From NCBI GenBank assembly GCA_030390025.1, contig JASTWF010000035.1, positions 248,001-312,000 of the forward strand: a stretch of DNA of 64,000 nt, in the 5' to 3' direction. Origin of the DNA: Squalus acanthias. Its lineage: Eukaryota. The stretch's first letter is position 1; each line of letters starts with the position of its first letter. Shown here piece by piece: positions 1 to 12,609 of this stretch. The notes beneath the pieces were generated by a model. The model was given only the letters and a program-made list of their open reading frames with translations, was not told where the DNA came from and searched no databases. The translations under genes were made by a program, and so were the position numbers.

Positions 1-272
1 ATTGGCAAAAGATCGAGAGGGAGATGAGGAGAAATGTTTTCACTCGGAGAGTTATTGGGATCTGGAACGCTCGACCTGAAAAGGTGGTGGAAGCTGATTC
101 CATCAATAATTTTAAAGGGGAGTTGGACGGGTTCTTGAGGATGAGGAACTTACAGGGTTCCAGACAAAATGCGGGGTTGTGGGACTAAGCACGACGTCTC
201 TTTCACAGAGCCAGCACAGGCACGACGGGCCGAAGGGTTTCCTCCTGTGCTGTAAGTTTCAATGATTCTATG
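1..272 (+). mobile_element. CR1 LINE 3' end fragment
   Basis: MRRNVFTRRVIGIWNARPEKVVEA-like ORF2 C-terminus followed by a CR1-type 3' tail. Confidence 0.75.
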
Positions 273-285
273 ATAAAGAAAGACT

Positions 286-400
286 TACATAAGAACATAA
301 GAAATAGGAGCAGGAGTCGGCCATTCGACCCCTCGAGCCTGCTCCGCCATTCAATGAGATCATGGCTGATCCGATTTTGCCCTCAACTCCACTTTCCTGT
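286..400 (-). mobile_element. CR1 3' tail (reverse)
   Basis: ACATAAGA octamer repeats and aggagcaggagtcggccattcg, the reverse complement of the tails at 14630-14697 and 46200-46272. Confidence 0.8.
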
Positions 401-402
401 CC

Positions 403-2163
403 GAGGGATGTTGTAAGGAGAGAGGGAGGGGAGGATGTTGTAAAGAGAGAGAGCGAGGGAGGGATGTTGTAAAGGGAGAGAGAGAGGGAGGGATGTTGTA
501 AAGAGAGACGGAGGGATGTTGTAAAGAGAGAGAGAGAGGGAGGGATGTTGTAAAGAGAGACGGAGGGATGTTGTAAAGAGAGAGAGAGGGAGGGATGTTG
601 TAAAGGGAGAGAGGGAGGGAGGGATGTTGTAAAGAGAGAGGGAGGGGAGGATGTTGTAAAGAGAGAGGGAGGGAGGGATGTTGTAAGGAGAGAGGGAGGG
701 ATGTTGTAAGGAGAGAGGGAGGGATGTTGTAAGGAGAGAGGGAGGGGAGGATGTTGTAGAGAGAGAGAGGGATGTTGTAAAGGAGAGAGGGAGGGAGGGA
801 TGTTGTAAGAGAGAGAGGGAGGGAGGTTGTTGTAAACAGAGAGAGGGAGGGATGTTGTAAAGAGAGAGAGGGAGGGATGTTGTAAAGGAAGAGAGAGAGA
901 GGGATGTTGTAAAGAGAGAGAGGGAGGGATGTTGTAAAGGAAAGAGAGAGAGAGGGATGTTGTAAAGGAGAGAGAGGGGGAGGGATGTTGTAAAGGAGAG
1001 AGAGAGAGGGATGTTGTAAAGGAGAGAGAGGGAGGGATGTTGTAAGGAGAGAGAGAGAGGGAGGGATGTAGAGAGAGAGAGGGAGGGTTGTTGTAAAGGA
1101 GAGAGAGAGAGAGAGGGATGTTGTAAAGGAGAGAGAGGGAGGGATGTTGTAACGGAGAGAGGGAGGGTTGTTGTAAAGGAGAGAGAGAGAGAGGGATGTT
1201 GTAAAGGAGAGAGAGAGGGAGGGATGTTGTAGAGAGAGAGAGAGGGATGTAAAGGAGAGAGAGAGAGGGATGTTGTAAAGGAGAGAGGGAGGAATGTTCT
1301 AAAGGAGAGAGAGAGAGGGATGTTGTAAAGGAGAGAGAGGGATGTTGTAAAGGAGAGAGAGAGAAGGATGTTGTAAAGGAGAGAGAGAGAGAGAGGGATG
1401 TTGTAAAGGAGAGAGAGAGAGGGATGTTGTAAAGGAGAGAGAGAGAGAGGGATGTTGTAAAGGAGAGAGAGAGAGAGGGATGTTGTAAAGGAGAGAGAGG
1501 GATGTTGTAAAGGAGAGAGAGAGAGAGAGAGAGAGGGGGATGTTGTAAAGAAGAGAGAGAGGGATGTTGTAAAGGAGAGAGAGAGGGATGTTGTAAAGGA
1601 GAGAGAGAGAGGGATGTTGTAAAGGAGAGAGAGAGAGAGAGGGATGTTGTAAAGGAGAGAGAGAGAGGGATGTTGTAAAGGAGAGAGAGAGAGAGGGATG
1701 TTGTAAAGGAGAGAGAGGGATGTTGTAAAGGAGAGAGAGAGAGAGAGAGAGAGTGATGTTGTAAAGGAGAGAGAGAGAGAGATGGATGTTGTAAAGAAGA
1801 GAGAGAGGGATGTTGTAAAGGAGAGAGAGGGATGTTGTAAAGGAGAGAGGGAGGAATGTTCTAAAGGAGAGAGAGAGAGAGAGAGGATGTTGTAAAGGAG
1901 AGAGAGAGAGAGGGATGTTGTAAAGAAGAGAGAGAGGGATGTTGTAAAGGAGAGAGAGAGAGGGATGTTGTAAAGGAGAGAGAGAGAGGGATGTTGTAAA
2001 GGAGAGAGAGAGGGATGTTGTAAAGGAGAGAGAGAGGGATGTTGTAAAGGAGAGAGAGAGAGGGATGTTGTAAAGGAGAGAGAGAGAGGGGGATGTTGTA
2101 AAGTAGAGAGAGAGAGGGGGATGTTGTAAAGGAGAGAGAGAGAGAGGGATGTTGTAAAGGAGG
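403..2163. repeat. Compound mini/microsatellite: GGGATGTTGTAAAG core + variable (GA)n
   Basis: Directly visible tandem units of about 20-35 bp; the 597-aa ORF here is a repeat artefact. Confidence 0.97.
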
Positions 2164-2175
2164 AGTCCCCCCTCA

Positions 2176-2318
2176 TAGAATCATTAGTACAGCACAGGAG
2201 GCCATTCGGCCCATCGAGTCTGCGCCGGCTCTTTCGAAGAGCAATCCAGTCAGTCCCACTCCCGCTCTTTCCCCATATCCCTGCAGTTTTTTCTCCTTCC
2301 AGTATTTAGCCAGTTCCC
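2176..2318 (-). mobile_element. CR1 3' tail fragment
   Basis: tagaatc...gccattcggcccatcgagtc matches the other CR1 tails in reverse. Confidence 0.6.
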
Positions 2319-2379
2319 TAAAGGAAAAGCGTTGTGTTTTGGAGCTTCATTGCCGTGAGCCTTTTTCCTGTGTGCCCAG

Positions 2380-2619
2380 GGATCGGGAGGTACATCGCTC
2401 AGGACTTTGCCCAGAGAAATGCTCGTGTGATCCTGGCCTGCCGTAGTTTGCAGCGAGGACAGAGAGCGGAGCGAGAGATACGGCGCAGGACGGGGAACAG
2501 TAACGTTCACCTGCGCATTCTGGACACCAGCTCCATGGAATCGGTGAGGAACTTCACGGAGCGGATTAAGAAGGAGGAGAAACGGCTGGATATCCTTGTA
2601 AATAACGCAGCCACTGCAG
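2380..2619 (+). CDS. Exon of retinol dehydrogenase-like (RDH11/12/13/14-type) SDR gene: end of the cofactor-binding GxxxGxG motif through NNAA
   Basis: Pyrimidine tract + CAG acceptor (AG 2378-2379), donor G|GTAATG at 2620. Translates GIGRYIAQDFAQRNARVILACRS...LDILVNNAATA; phase 1 joins the 14769 exon. Confidence 0.93.
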
Positions 2620-2839
2620 GTAATGTGCAACAGTGTAGAATAGGGTTTTAATAGGATTGCTTATAAAAATACTTTATTGAAATAGAAGTAAATAAGGAAC
2701 ATTTTCAATGCAAAATAGATGAATGTAAAGAACATCATAACCTGTATTCCTATAGGTCGCCTCAGCTGTAGGGAGATCATTATGTTAAGGAGAATAATTA
2801 GTTAATATCGTGTGACACGGCCACATCAAATCAACATTT

Positions 2840-3123
2840 TGTTGAGGCTGCCGCGAACCACGAATGGAGGCTGAATCCATATGTGGAAAACAAGAAACTT
2901 TTATTCACTGCATGGCACACAAAATGGCTGAGAAAGCTGCTCCCAGAATTCTCTGGAAAAACTCCCAGTATTCTCTGGAAAAACTCCCAGAATTCTCTGT
3001 GTAAAACCTGAGGCCCCGCCCCCTTCTGCCTTAAAGGTAAGGTGCCTGAAAGGGGAAGGTGCTGGAAATTTGTCCACAGACGGAAGAGTGGATTATGCCC
3101 ATTTTAGGTGGTGATCCGCCACA
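2840..3123 (-). repeat. Gypsy 3' LTR (carries an extra ~21-bp tandem copy of ATTCTCTGGAAAAACTCCCAG)
   Basis: Aligns with 8048-8309. Confidence 0.95.
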
Positions 3124-3289
3124 CAGCTCCCCCCAGAATCCATTTAGGAGGTGTGGACGAGACGGTGCGACGGTCTGATGGGCTGGCCAGAGCGGCTCTT
3201 GTAGGACGCCGGTGGATGTGGAACGGCCGGGCGTGGAGCAGCCGGGTGAACCGGCTTGAGGGCAGGTCGGCCGCGTGGAGGTGGACGAG

Positions 3290-6082
3290 CTACAGCGACC
3301 TTTCCCCGGGCTCCGAGTGTGCTGGCTTGAGTCGGTCCACCGACACTTTTTCGGTCCTGTCGCCCACTTGCAGGGTGAAAAATTTGTCCCCAGCCTGTAG
3401 CACCTTGTAGGGCCCATCGTACGGGGGTTGAAGGGGTCCGCGGTGGGCGTCGTGCCGGACGAAAACAAACCGTGCCTGGTGCAGGCTTAGTGGGACGTGT
3501 GAGGTGGATTCGCCATGTCGGGCAATGGGCACCGGGGCGAACTGCAGCGCCGGTGATGCGAAGTCGTGGCGTTGCTGGTCGGCTGACCAGGGTGTCGTGG
3601 CGATGGGCAGGAACTCGCCGGGTACGCGCAGCGGCTGACCGTACACGAGCTCTGCTGCCGATGCGTGGAGGTCTTCTTTAACCGCGGTGCGCAGGCCGAG
3701 GAGGACCCACGGAAGTCGGTCGGTCCAGGCGCCGTCTTGGAGGCTGGCTCGAAGAGATGCCTTAAAGGATCTGTGGAACCGCTCACACAGTCCGTTGGCT
3801 TGGGGGTGGTACGCTGTGGTGCGGTGGATGGTCACCCCAAGATTGCGTGCGACGGCGGTCCAGAGTTCAGAAGTAAATTGCGGACCTCTGTCCGACGTCA
3901 TGTCGGAGGGGAAGCCGAACCGTGTGACCCAGGTGCTGACGAAGGCTCTGGCGATGTCGGCGGTGGTGGTAGAGGTCAGTGGAATTGCCTCAGGCCAGCG
4001 TGTGGTGCGGTCAACGATGGTCAGCAAGTGCGTGTGGCCTTGCGACGGCGGCAGGGGCCCGACGATGTCCACGTGGATGTGGTCGAATCTCCGCGAGGGG
4101 ACGGTAAACTCCTCGAGGGGTGCTTTCGTGTGTTGCTGTACCTTGGCCTGTTGGCAGGATAGGCAGGAGTTGGCCCAAGTACGCACATCCTTGCGAAGGC
4201 CGCGCCAGACAAAGCGGTTGGCTACCAATTTGATGGATGCACGGGCGCCGGGGTGGGAGAGGTTGTGGAGAAGGCCGAATACCCGGCGGCGCCAGGATGC
4301 TGGGACGACGGGCCGAGGTTGACATAGGGATATGTCGCACTTGACCGTGACTGTGGTCGGGCCACAGGCGACGTCAGCCAGGCGTAGCCCTGGTAGGTTG
4401 GTGGGTGCGGAGAGCAGATCCGGGTTGGTGATCTGGTCTGCTGCGAGTTGAGCGTAGTCGACTGCTAGGTGTGCGGCGTGGATGGCGGGGCGGGAGAGGC
4501 AGTCGGCTACCACATTGTCTCGGCCGGAGACGTGTTGGATGTCCGTGGTGAACTCAGACACTGCCGCGAGCTGGCGCTGCTGCCTGGCGGACCAGGGGTC
4601 GGTTGTCTTTGCCATTGCGAATGTCAGGGGCTTGTGGTCGACAAACGCAGTGAAGGGGTGGCCCTCAAGCAAAAACTGGAAATGGCGGACCGCCAGGAAC
4701 AGCGCGAGGAGCTCGCGGTCGAAGGTGCTGTACTTGACCTCCGGGGGGCGTAGTTGGCGGCTGAAGAAGGCAAGTGGTTGCCAGGCGCCGTCGACCCACT
4801 GCTCATACACGGCGCCGACCGCGTGGTCGGAGGCGTCCGTGGTGAGCGCTACCCTGGCATTAGGCCGTGGGTGCGCGAGCAGGGTGGCGTTGGCGAGCGC
4901 GGTCTTGGTGGAATCGAAGGCGGCGGACGCGTCTGCCGTCCATTCGACCGCCATCTTGCCGCTCCTGCCCCAGAGGGCTTCATACAGGGGCCTCATGAGG
5001 GACGCCGCTTTGGGGATGAAGCGGTTGTAAAAATTCACCATCCCGAGGAACTCCTGGAGGCCTTTGATGGTGGTGGGGCGGGGAAATTGTTGGACGGCCT
5101 GCACCTTGGTGGGCAGGGGAATGGCCCCAGCATGGTTGATGTGGTGGCCGAGGAAGTCGATCTTGTCCAGGCCGAACTGGCATTTGGCTGGGCTGAGGAT
5201 GAGCCTGTGGTCGCTGAGGCGCCCGAACAGGATGCAAAGGTGTTTGAGGTGTTCCTGCTTGGAGGAACTGGCTACCAGGATGTCGTCCGGGTAGATGAAC
5301 AGGAACTTCAGGTCCCGAAGGACCGAGTCCATGAGCCGTTGGAATGCCTGGGCCGCGTTTTTGAGGCCGAAGGGCATCCGCAGGAACTCGAACAGGCCGA
5401 AGGGGGTGATTACGGCCATCTTGGGGACATCCGCGGGGTGGACGAGGACTTGGTGGTAGCCGCGCACCAGGTCGACCTTGGAAAAGACTGAGCGGCCGGC
5501 CAGTCTAGCCGAGCAGTCCTGAATGTGCGGCACGGGGTACCGATCAGGGGTGGTGGCGTCATTGAGGCGGCGGTAATCCCCGCAGGGGCGCCAACCTCCG
5601 CCTGGTTTGGGGGCGATGTGGAGTGGGGAGGCCCAGGGACTGTTGGAGCGGTGGATGATGCCGAGCTGTTCCATGGTGGCAAACTCGGTCCGCGCGATCT
5701 CCAGTTTGGCTGGGTCCAGCCTGCGGGCGTGGGCGTACACTGGGGGGCCTGTGGTGGGGATGAAGTGTTCCACCCCGTGTTTGGCGGCCTCCGTGGAGAA
5801 GGTCGGATTGGTAAGGGCCGGGAATTCGGCCAGGAGTGCCGAGTAGTCATCCGTGGCCCGGGCGTGGCACTGTGACGCCATGTCGGCGGGGGGCCATGGC
5901 GCCCAGGATGGGGGATATGGTGTTCATGTCCATGAGGCGGTGACGAGGGATGTCTACCAGTAGGCCGTGGGCGCACAGGAAATCTGCGCCGATGAGGGGG
6001 GAGAGCACCTTGGCAGAGATGAACTCCCATCGGTAGCGGTGACCAGCGAGGTCGAGGGTGACTGTCCGGGTGCCATACGTCC
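3290..6082 (-). pseudogene. pol: Gypsy pol (protease C-terminus, RT, RNase H, integrase)
   Basis: 863-aa ORF with SPWASPL, DYRRLND, MPFGLKNA, YPDD (normally YLDD), TTDASD, HHCC and D,D35E integrase, GPY motif. Protease C-terminal LIGADFL is in another frame at 5880-6082. Confidence 0.93.
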
Positions 6083-6112
6083 GGGTTAGGGTTAGGGTTA
6101 GGGTTAGGGTTA
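6083..6112 (+). repeat. Interstitial telomeric sequence (GGGTTA)5
   Basis: Five perfect vertebrate telomere units at the Gypsy/CR1 junction. Confidence 0.95.
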
Positions 6113-7785
6113 GATAACCAATCCTCCACCCATGCCAGAATATTACCCCCAATCCAGTGATTTTTTATCTTGAGTAATAATCTTTTATGTGGCACCTTGT
6201 CGAATGCCATCTGGAAGTCTAAATACACTACATCCACTGGTTCCCCTTTATCCACCCTGTACGTTATGTCCTCAAAGAACTCGAGCAAATTTGTCAGACA
6301 TGACTGCCCCTTCATAAAGCTATGCTGACTTTGTCCTATTAAATTATGTTTATCTAAATGTTCCGTTACTGTTTCCTTAATAATAGACTCCAAAATTTTA
6401 CCCACCACAGATGTTAGGCTAACTGGTCTATAATTTCCAGCCTTCTGCCGACAACCCTTTTTAAATAAGGGTGTTACATTAGCAGTTTTCCAATTTGCCG
6501 GGATCTTTGCTGAGTTCAGGGAGTTTTGGAAAATTATTACCAAAGCATCCACAATTCCTGCTGCCACTTCCCTCAAGACCCTAGGATGTAAGCCATCAGG
6601 TCCAGGGGATTTATCTGCCTTGAGTCCCATTATTTTACTGAGTACCAATTCCTTAGTGATTTTAATCGTATTTAGCTCCTCCCCCACTAGAGCCCCCTGT
6701 TTGTCCAGTGTTGGGATATTCTTAGTGTCCTCTACCGTAAAGACTGAAACAAAATATTTGTTCAGCATTTTTGCCATCTCCATGTTTCCCACCATTAATT
6801 TCCCGGTCTCATCCTCTAAGGGACCTACGGTTGCCTTAACCACCCTTTTTCTTTTTATATAACTATAGAAACTCTTGCAATCTGTTTTTATATTTTTTGC
6901 TAATTTATTTTCATAGTCTATTTTCCCTTTCTTAATCAATACTTTAGTTACTTTTTGTTGTCTTTTGAAGACTTCCCAATCTTCTATCCTCCCACTAACT
7001 TTGGCTACCTTATATGTCCTTGCTTTTAGTTGGATACTTTCTTTAATTTCTTTACTTCGCCATGGATGGCTGTCATTTCTTTTACACCCTTTTTTCTCAG
7101 TGGAATATATTTATTTTGAAAGTTGTAAAATAACTCCTTGAATGTACACCACTGCTCATGTACCGTCTTACCCTTTAATCTATTTTCCCAGTCCGCTTTC
7201 ATCAATTCTGCTCTCATGCCATCATAGTCTCCTTTATTCAAGCTCAGTATGCTTGTTTGAGAACCAACCTTCTCACCCTCTAATTGGATATGGAATTCAA
7301 CCATGTTATGGTCACTCATTCCAAGGGGATCCTTAACTAGGACATTATTAATTAATCCAGACTCATTACACAGTACCAGGTCCAAGGTTGCTTGCCCCCT
7401 TGTAGGATCAGTTACATACTGCTCAAGAAATCCATCCCTAAGACACTCAATAAACTCTTCCGCAAGGCTGCCCTGCCCAATTTGATTTGTCCAGTTAATA
7501 TGATAGTTAAAATCCCCCATAATTATAGCTGTTCCCTTATTACATGCCCCAACTATTTCCTGATTAATACTTCTTCCAACAGAGTTGCAACTATTAGGAG
7601 ACCTATATACTACGCCCACCAGTGTTTTTTTCCCCTTATTATTCCTTATCTCTACCCAAACTGTTTCATTATCCTAATCTTTTGACCCAATATCATTTCT
7701 CTGTATTACAGTGATTCCTTCCTTTATTAACATAGCCACCCCCACCTCCCCTTCCCCTTCCTTCCTGCCTGTCCTTCCTGATTGT
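6113..7785 (-). mobile_element. CR1 ORF2 fragment (APE endonuclease to RT N-terminus) inside the Gypsy element
   Basis: GVVYRSPN, IMGDFN, SDHNMV, KSPGPDGLHP, NYRPVSLTSVVGK, DVVYLDF motifs; truncated at both ends. Confidence 0.93.
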
Positions 7786-8007
7786 CCTGAGGTGTGCGTA
7801 CTTGCCTTCCTCTGGTGGGTTCTGCAGCGTTGTCCAAACCTTGGAAACTGTGGCGCTGCTGAGTAATGTGACGAGATAGTCGTACTTCGTCCCATCTGTG
7901 GTGATATTTCGCAGCCGGAAGCGAGATTCAGCTTGGAGAAACCAGGCTTCGGGCTGGTTTTCCCAAAACTCCGGCAGTTTCACGGAAACTGCGTTCATGT
8001 CCGCCAT
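7786..8007 (-). pseudogene. gag: Gypsy gag N-terminus, truncated by the CR1 fragment
   Basis: MADMNAVSVKLPEFWENQPEAWFLQAESRFRLRNIT..., a typical Gypsy gag start just downstream of the PBS. Confidence 0.85.
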
Positions 8008-8032
8008 TGCAGTGCTCGGAATACGTTCTGAG

Positions 8033-8046
8033 CGTCGGGGTCACCA
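8033..8046 (-). promoter_or_regulatory. Primer-binding site, tRNA-Trp
   Basis: TGGTGACCCCGACG, complementary to the vertebrate tRNA-Trp 3' end (...CGTCGGGGTCACCA, recalled), 1 nt from the LTR. Confidence 0.85.
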
Positions 8047-8047
8047 A

Positions 8048-8309
8048 TGTTGAGGCTGCCGCGAAACACGAATGGAGGCTGAATCCATATGTGGAAAACA
8101 AGAAACTTTTATTCACTGCATGGCACACAAAATGGCTGAGAAAGCTGCTCCCAGAATTCTCTGGAAAAACTCCCAGAATTCTCTGGGTAAAACCTGAGGC
8201 CCCGCCCCCTTCTGCCTTAAAGGTAAAGTGCCTTAAAGGGGAAGGTGCTGGAAATTTGTCCACAGACGGAAGAGTGGATTATGCCCGTTTTAGGTGGCGA
8301 TCCGCCACA
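8048..8309 (-). repeat. Gypsy 5' LTR
   Basis: TG...CA, pairs with 2840-3123. Confidence 0.95.
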
Positions 8310-8664
8310 ATTTAAACATTTTTAACAATCTATTCTCAGTACCAGAACAGGTTGGAAAACATTCTACTGATAATCTCTGCAATAATTTCTGGAATGCACT
8401 GCCTGACAGGGCGGTGGAAGCAGATTCAATAGTTGTAATCTATGTGGGTCCAACAAATGACGGGCAGAGACACGATGAGTGGCAGTCAAGGTGCTTGTTT
8501 ACTCGGCCAGAGCGGACTGAGCATGCTCACACTAAACCACGTGACAAATCATGTGACAATATATCACACTGTTAATACCAGGATTGCAGAGCCTTCCTGA
8601 TCTCCTTACAGAAGGTTTTGGCATTTTCCGAGTCTCTCATTATAACTATCTCCGTTCATCACAG

Positions 8665-11600
8665 ATCCCACTCTGGCCCTGTTCCACGTCTGATCCTGGA
8701 CTTTCAGTCCCACTCCCGCACTGTTCCCAGTATGATCCTGGACTCTCAGTCCCACTCCCGCCCTGTTCCCAGTCTGATCCAGGACTCGGTCCCACTCCCG
8801 CTCTGTTCCCAGTCTGATCCTGGACTCTCAGTTCCACTCCGCCCTGTTCCCAGTCTGATCCTGGACTCTCAGTCCCACTCCCGCTCTGTTCCCAGTCTGA
8901 TCCTGGACTCTCATTCCCACTCCGTCCTGTTCCCAGTCTGATCCTGGATTCTCAGTCCCACTCCGCCCTGTTCCCAGTCTGATCCAGGACTCGGTCCCAC
9001 TCCGCCCTGTTCCCAGTCTGATCCTGGACTCTCAGTCCCACTCCCGCCCTGTTCACAGTCTGATCCTGGACTCTCAGTCCCACTCCCGCCCTGTTCCCAG
9101 TCTGATCCTGGACTCTCAGTCCCACTCACACCCTGTTCCCAGTCTGATCCTGGACTCTCAGTCCCACTCCCGCCCTGTTCCCAGTCTGATCCTGGACTCT
9201 CAGTCCCACTCCCGTCCTGTTCCCAGTCTGATCCTGGACTCTCAGTCCCACTCCCGCCCTGTTCCCAGTCTGATCCTGGACTCTCAGTCCCACTCCCGTC
9301 CTGTTCCCAGTCTGATCCTGGACTCTCAGTCCCACTCCCGCCCTGTTCCCAATCTGATCCTGGACTCTCAGTCCCACTCCCGCCCTGTTCCCAGTCTGAT
9401 CCTGGACTCTCAGTCCCACTCCGCCCTGTTCCCAGTCTGATCCTGGACTCTCAGTCCCACTCCCGTCCTGTTCCCAGTCTAATCCTGGACTCTCAGTCCC
9501 ACTCCCATCCTGTTCCCAGTCTGATCCTGGACTCTCAGTCCCACTCCCGCCCTGTTCCCAGTCTGATCCTGGACTCGGTCCCACTCACACCCTGTTCCCA
9601 GTCTGATCCTGGACTCTCAGTCCCACTCCGCCCTGTTCCCAGTCTGATCCTGGACTCGGTCCCACTCACACCCTGTTCCCAGTCTGATCCTGGACTCTCA
9701 GTCCCACTCCCGCCCTGTTCCCAGTCTGATCCTGGACTCTCAGTCCCACTCCCGCCCTGTTCCCAGTCTGATCCTGGACTCTCAGTCCCACTCCCGCCCT
9801 GTTCCCAGTCTGATCCTGGACTCTCAGTCCCACTCCCGCCCTGTTCCCAGTCTGATCCTGGACTCTCAGTCCCACTCCCGCCCTGTTCCCAGTCTGATCC
9901 TGGACTCTCAGTCCCACTCCCGCCCTGTTCCCAGTCTGATCCTGGACTCTCAGTCCCACTCCCGCCCTGTTCCCAGTCTGATCCTGGACTCTCAGTCCCA
10001 CTCCCGCCCTGTTCCCAGTCTGATCCTGGACTCTCAGTCCCACTCCCGCCCTGTTCCCAGTCTGATCCTGGACTCTCAGTCCCACTCCCGCCCTGTTCCC
10101 AGTCTGATCCTGGACTCTCAGTCCCACTCCCGCCCTGTTCCCAGTCTGATCCTGGACTCTCAGTCCCACTCCCGCCCTGTTCCCAGTCTGATCCTGGACT
10201 CTCAGTCCCACTCCCGTCCTGTTCCCAGTCTGATCCTGGACTCTCAGTCCCACTCCCGTCCTGTTCCCAGTCTGATCCTGGACTCTCAGTCCCACTCCCG
10301 CCCTGTTCCCAGTCTGATCCTGGACTCTCAGTCCCACTCCGCTCTGTTCCCAGTCTGATCCTGGACTCTCAGTCCCACTCCCGCCCTGTTCCCAGTCTGA
10401 TCCTGGACTCGGTCCCACTCCACACCTGTTCCCAGTCTGATCCTGGACTCTCAGTCCCACTCCCGCCCTGTTCCCAGTCTGATCCTGGACTCTAGTCCCA
10501 CTCCCGCCCTGTTCCCAGTCTGATCCTGGACTCTCAGTCCCACTCCCGCCCTGTTCCCAGTCTGATCCTGGACTCTCAGTCCCACTCCGCCCTGTTCCCA
10601 GTCTGATCCTGGACTCTCAGTCCCACTCCGCCCTGTTCCCAGTCTGATCCTGGACTCGGTCCCACTCCCGTCCTGTTCCCAGTCTGATCCTGGACTCTCA
10701 GTCCCACTCCCGCCCTGTTCCCAGTCTGATCCTGGACTCTCAGTCCCACTCCCGCCCTGTTCCCAGTCTGATCCTGGACTCTCAGTCCACTCCCGCCCTG
10801 TTCCCAGTCTGATCCTGGACTCTCAGTCCCACTCCCGTCCTGTTCCCAGTCTGATCCTGGACTCTCAGTCCCACTCCCGCCCTGTTCCCAGTCTGATCCT
10901 GGACTCTCAGTCCCACTCCGCTCTGTTCCCAGTCTGATCCTGGACTCTCAGTCCCACTCCCGCCCTGTTCCCAGTCTGATCCAGGACTCTCAGTCCCACT
11001 CCCGCCCTGTTCCCAGTCTGATCCTGGACTCTCAGTCCCACTCCCGCCCTGTTCCCAGTCTGATCCTGGACTCTCAGTCCCACTCCCGCCCTGTTCCCAG
11101 TCTGATCCTGGACTCTCAGTCCCACTCCCGCCCTGTTCCCAGTCTGATCCTGGACTCTCAGTCCCACTCCGCCCTGTTCCCAGTCTGATCCTGGACTCTC
11201 AGTCCCACTTCGCCCTGTTCCCAGTCTGATCCTGGACTCTCAGTCCCACTCCCGCCCTGTTCCCAGTCTGATCCTGGACTCTCAGTCCCACTCCCGCCCT
11301 GTTCCCAGTCTGATCCTGGACTCTCAGTCCCACTCCCGCTCTGTTCCCAGTCTGATCCTGGACTCTCAGTCCCACTCACACCTTGTTCCCAGTCTGATCC
11401 TGGACTCTCAGTCCCACTCCCGCCCTGTTCCCAGTCTGATCCTGGACTCTCAGTCCCACTCCCGCCCTGTTCCCAGTCTGATCCTGGACTCTCAGTCCCA
11501 CTCCGCCCTGTTCCCAGTCTGATCCTGGACTCGGTCCCACTCCCGCCCTGTTCCCAGTCTGATCCTGGACTCTCAGTCCCACTCCCGCCCTGTTCCCAGT

Positions 11601-12607
11601 CTGATCCTGGACTCTCAGTCCCACTCCCGCCCTGTTCCCAGTCTGATCCTGGACTCTCAGTCCCACTCCCGCTCTGTTCCCAGTCTGATCCTGGACTCTC
11701 AGTCCCACTCCGCCCTGTTCCCAGTCTGATCCTGGACTCTCAGTCCCACTCCGCCCTGTTCCCAGTCTGATCCTGGACTCTCAGTCCCACTCCGCCCTGT
11801 TCCCAGTCTGATCCTGGACTCTCAGTCCCACTCCCGCCCTGTTCCCAGTCTGATCCTGGACTCTCAGTCCCACTCCCGCCCTGTTCCCAGTCTGATCCTG
11901 GACTCTCAGTCCCACTCATACCCTGTTCCCAGTCTGATCCTGGACTCTCAGTCCCACTCCCGCCCTGTTCCCAGTCTGATCCTGGACTCTCAGTCCCATT
12001 CCCGCCCTGTTCCCAGTCTGATCCAGGACTCGGTCCTACTCCCGCCCTGTTCCCAGTCTGATCCTGGACTCTCAGTCCCACTCCCGCCCTGTTCCCAGTC
12101 TGATCTGGAATCTCAGTCCCACTCCCGCCCTGTTCCCAGTCTGATCCTGGACTCTCAGTCCCACTCATACCCTGTTCCAGTCTGATCCTGGACTCTCAGT
12201 CCCAACTCCCCGCCCTGTTCCCAGTCTGATCCTGGACTCTCAGTCCCATTCCCCGCCCTGTTCCCAGTCTGATCAGGACTCGGTCCTACTCCCCGCCCTG
12301 TTCCCAGTCTGATCCTGGACTCTCAGTCCCACTCCGCCCTGTTCCCAGTCTGATCCAGGACTCTCAGTCCCACTCCCCGCCCTGTTCCCAGTCTGATCCT
12401 GGACTCTCAGTCCCACTCCCGCCCTGTTCCCAGTCTGATCCTGGACTCTCAGTCCCATTCCCGCCCCTGTTCCCAGTCTGATCCAGGACTCGGTCCTACT
12501 CCCGCCCTGTTCCCAGTCTGATCCTGGACTCTCAGTCCCACTCCGCCCTGTTCCCAGTCTGATCCTGGACTCTCAGTCCCACTCCGCCCTGTTCCCAGTC
12601 TGATCCC
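8665..12607. repeat. 42-bp minisatellite (CCTGTTCCCAGTCTGATCCTGGACTCTCAGTCCCACTCCCGC)n, about 90+ highly homogeneous copies
   Basis: Visible tandem repeat; 14-aa periodicity in the ORF track. Confidence 0.98.
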
Positions 12608-12609
12608 AG

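Larger units (their letters stand above)
2840..8309 (-). mobile_element. Ty3/Gypsy LTR retrotransposon, internally rearranged
   Basis: Near-identical TG...CA LTRs at 2840-3123 and 8048-8309; 4-bp TSD ATTT (2836-2839 / 8310-8313); tRNA-Trp PBS; PPT GGGGGGAG next to the 3' LTR; RT-RH-IN domain order. Confidence 0.96.

Noticed and set aside
383..2176. 597-aa ORF on the minus strand
   Set aside because: Translation of a stop-free tandem repeat strand; no coding signal.
3472..5875. Many + strand ORFs antisense to Gypsy pol
   Set aside because: Expected shadow ORFs of a GC-rich coding sequence; no independent motifs.
5410..6939. 509-aa ORF apparently fusing CR1 RT, an NPNPNP linker and further sequence
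   Set aside because: Chance read-through across the telomeric patch into an out-of-frame Gypsy region; the RT is incomplete.
8434..8568. Possible short solo LTR (TGTAAT...ATCACA)
   Set aside because: No matching TSD and no second copy in the window.
8618..12458. Regular 42-bp repeats that could suggest a CRISPR array or repeat protein
   Set aside because: Head-to-tail units with no unique spacers, eukaryotic intron context, no cas genes; frames are broken by indels.
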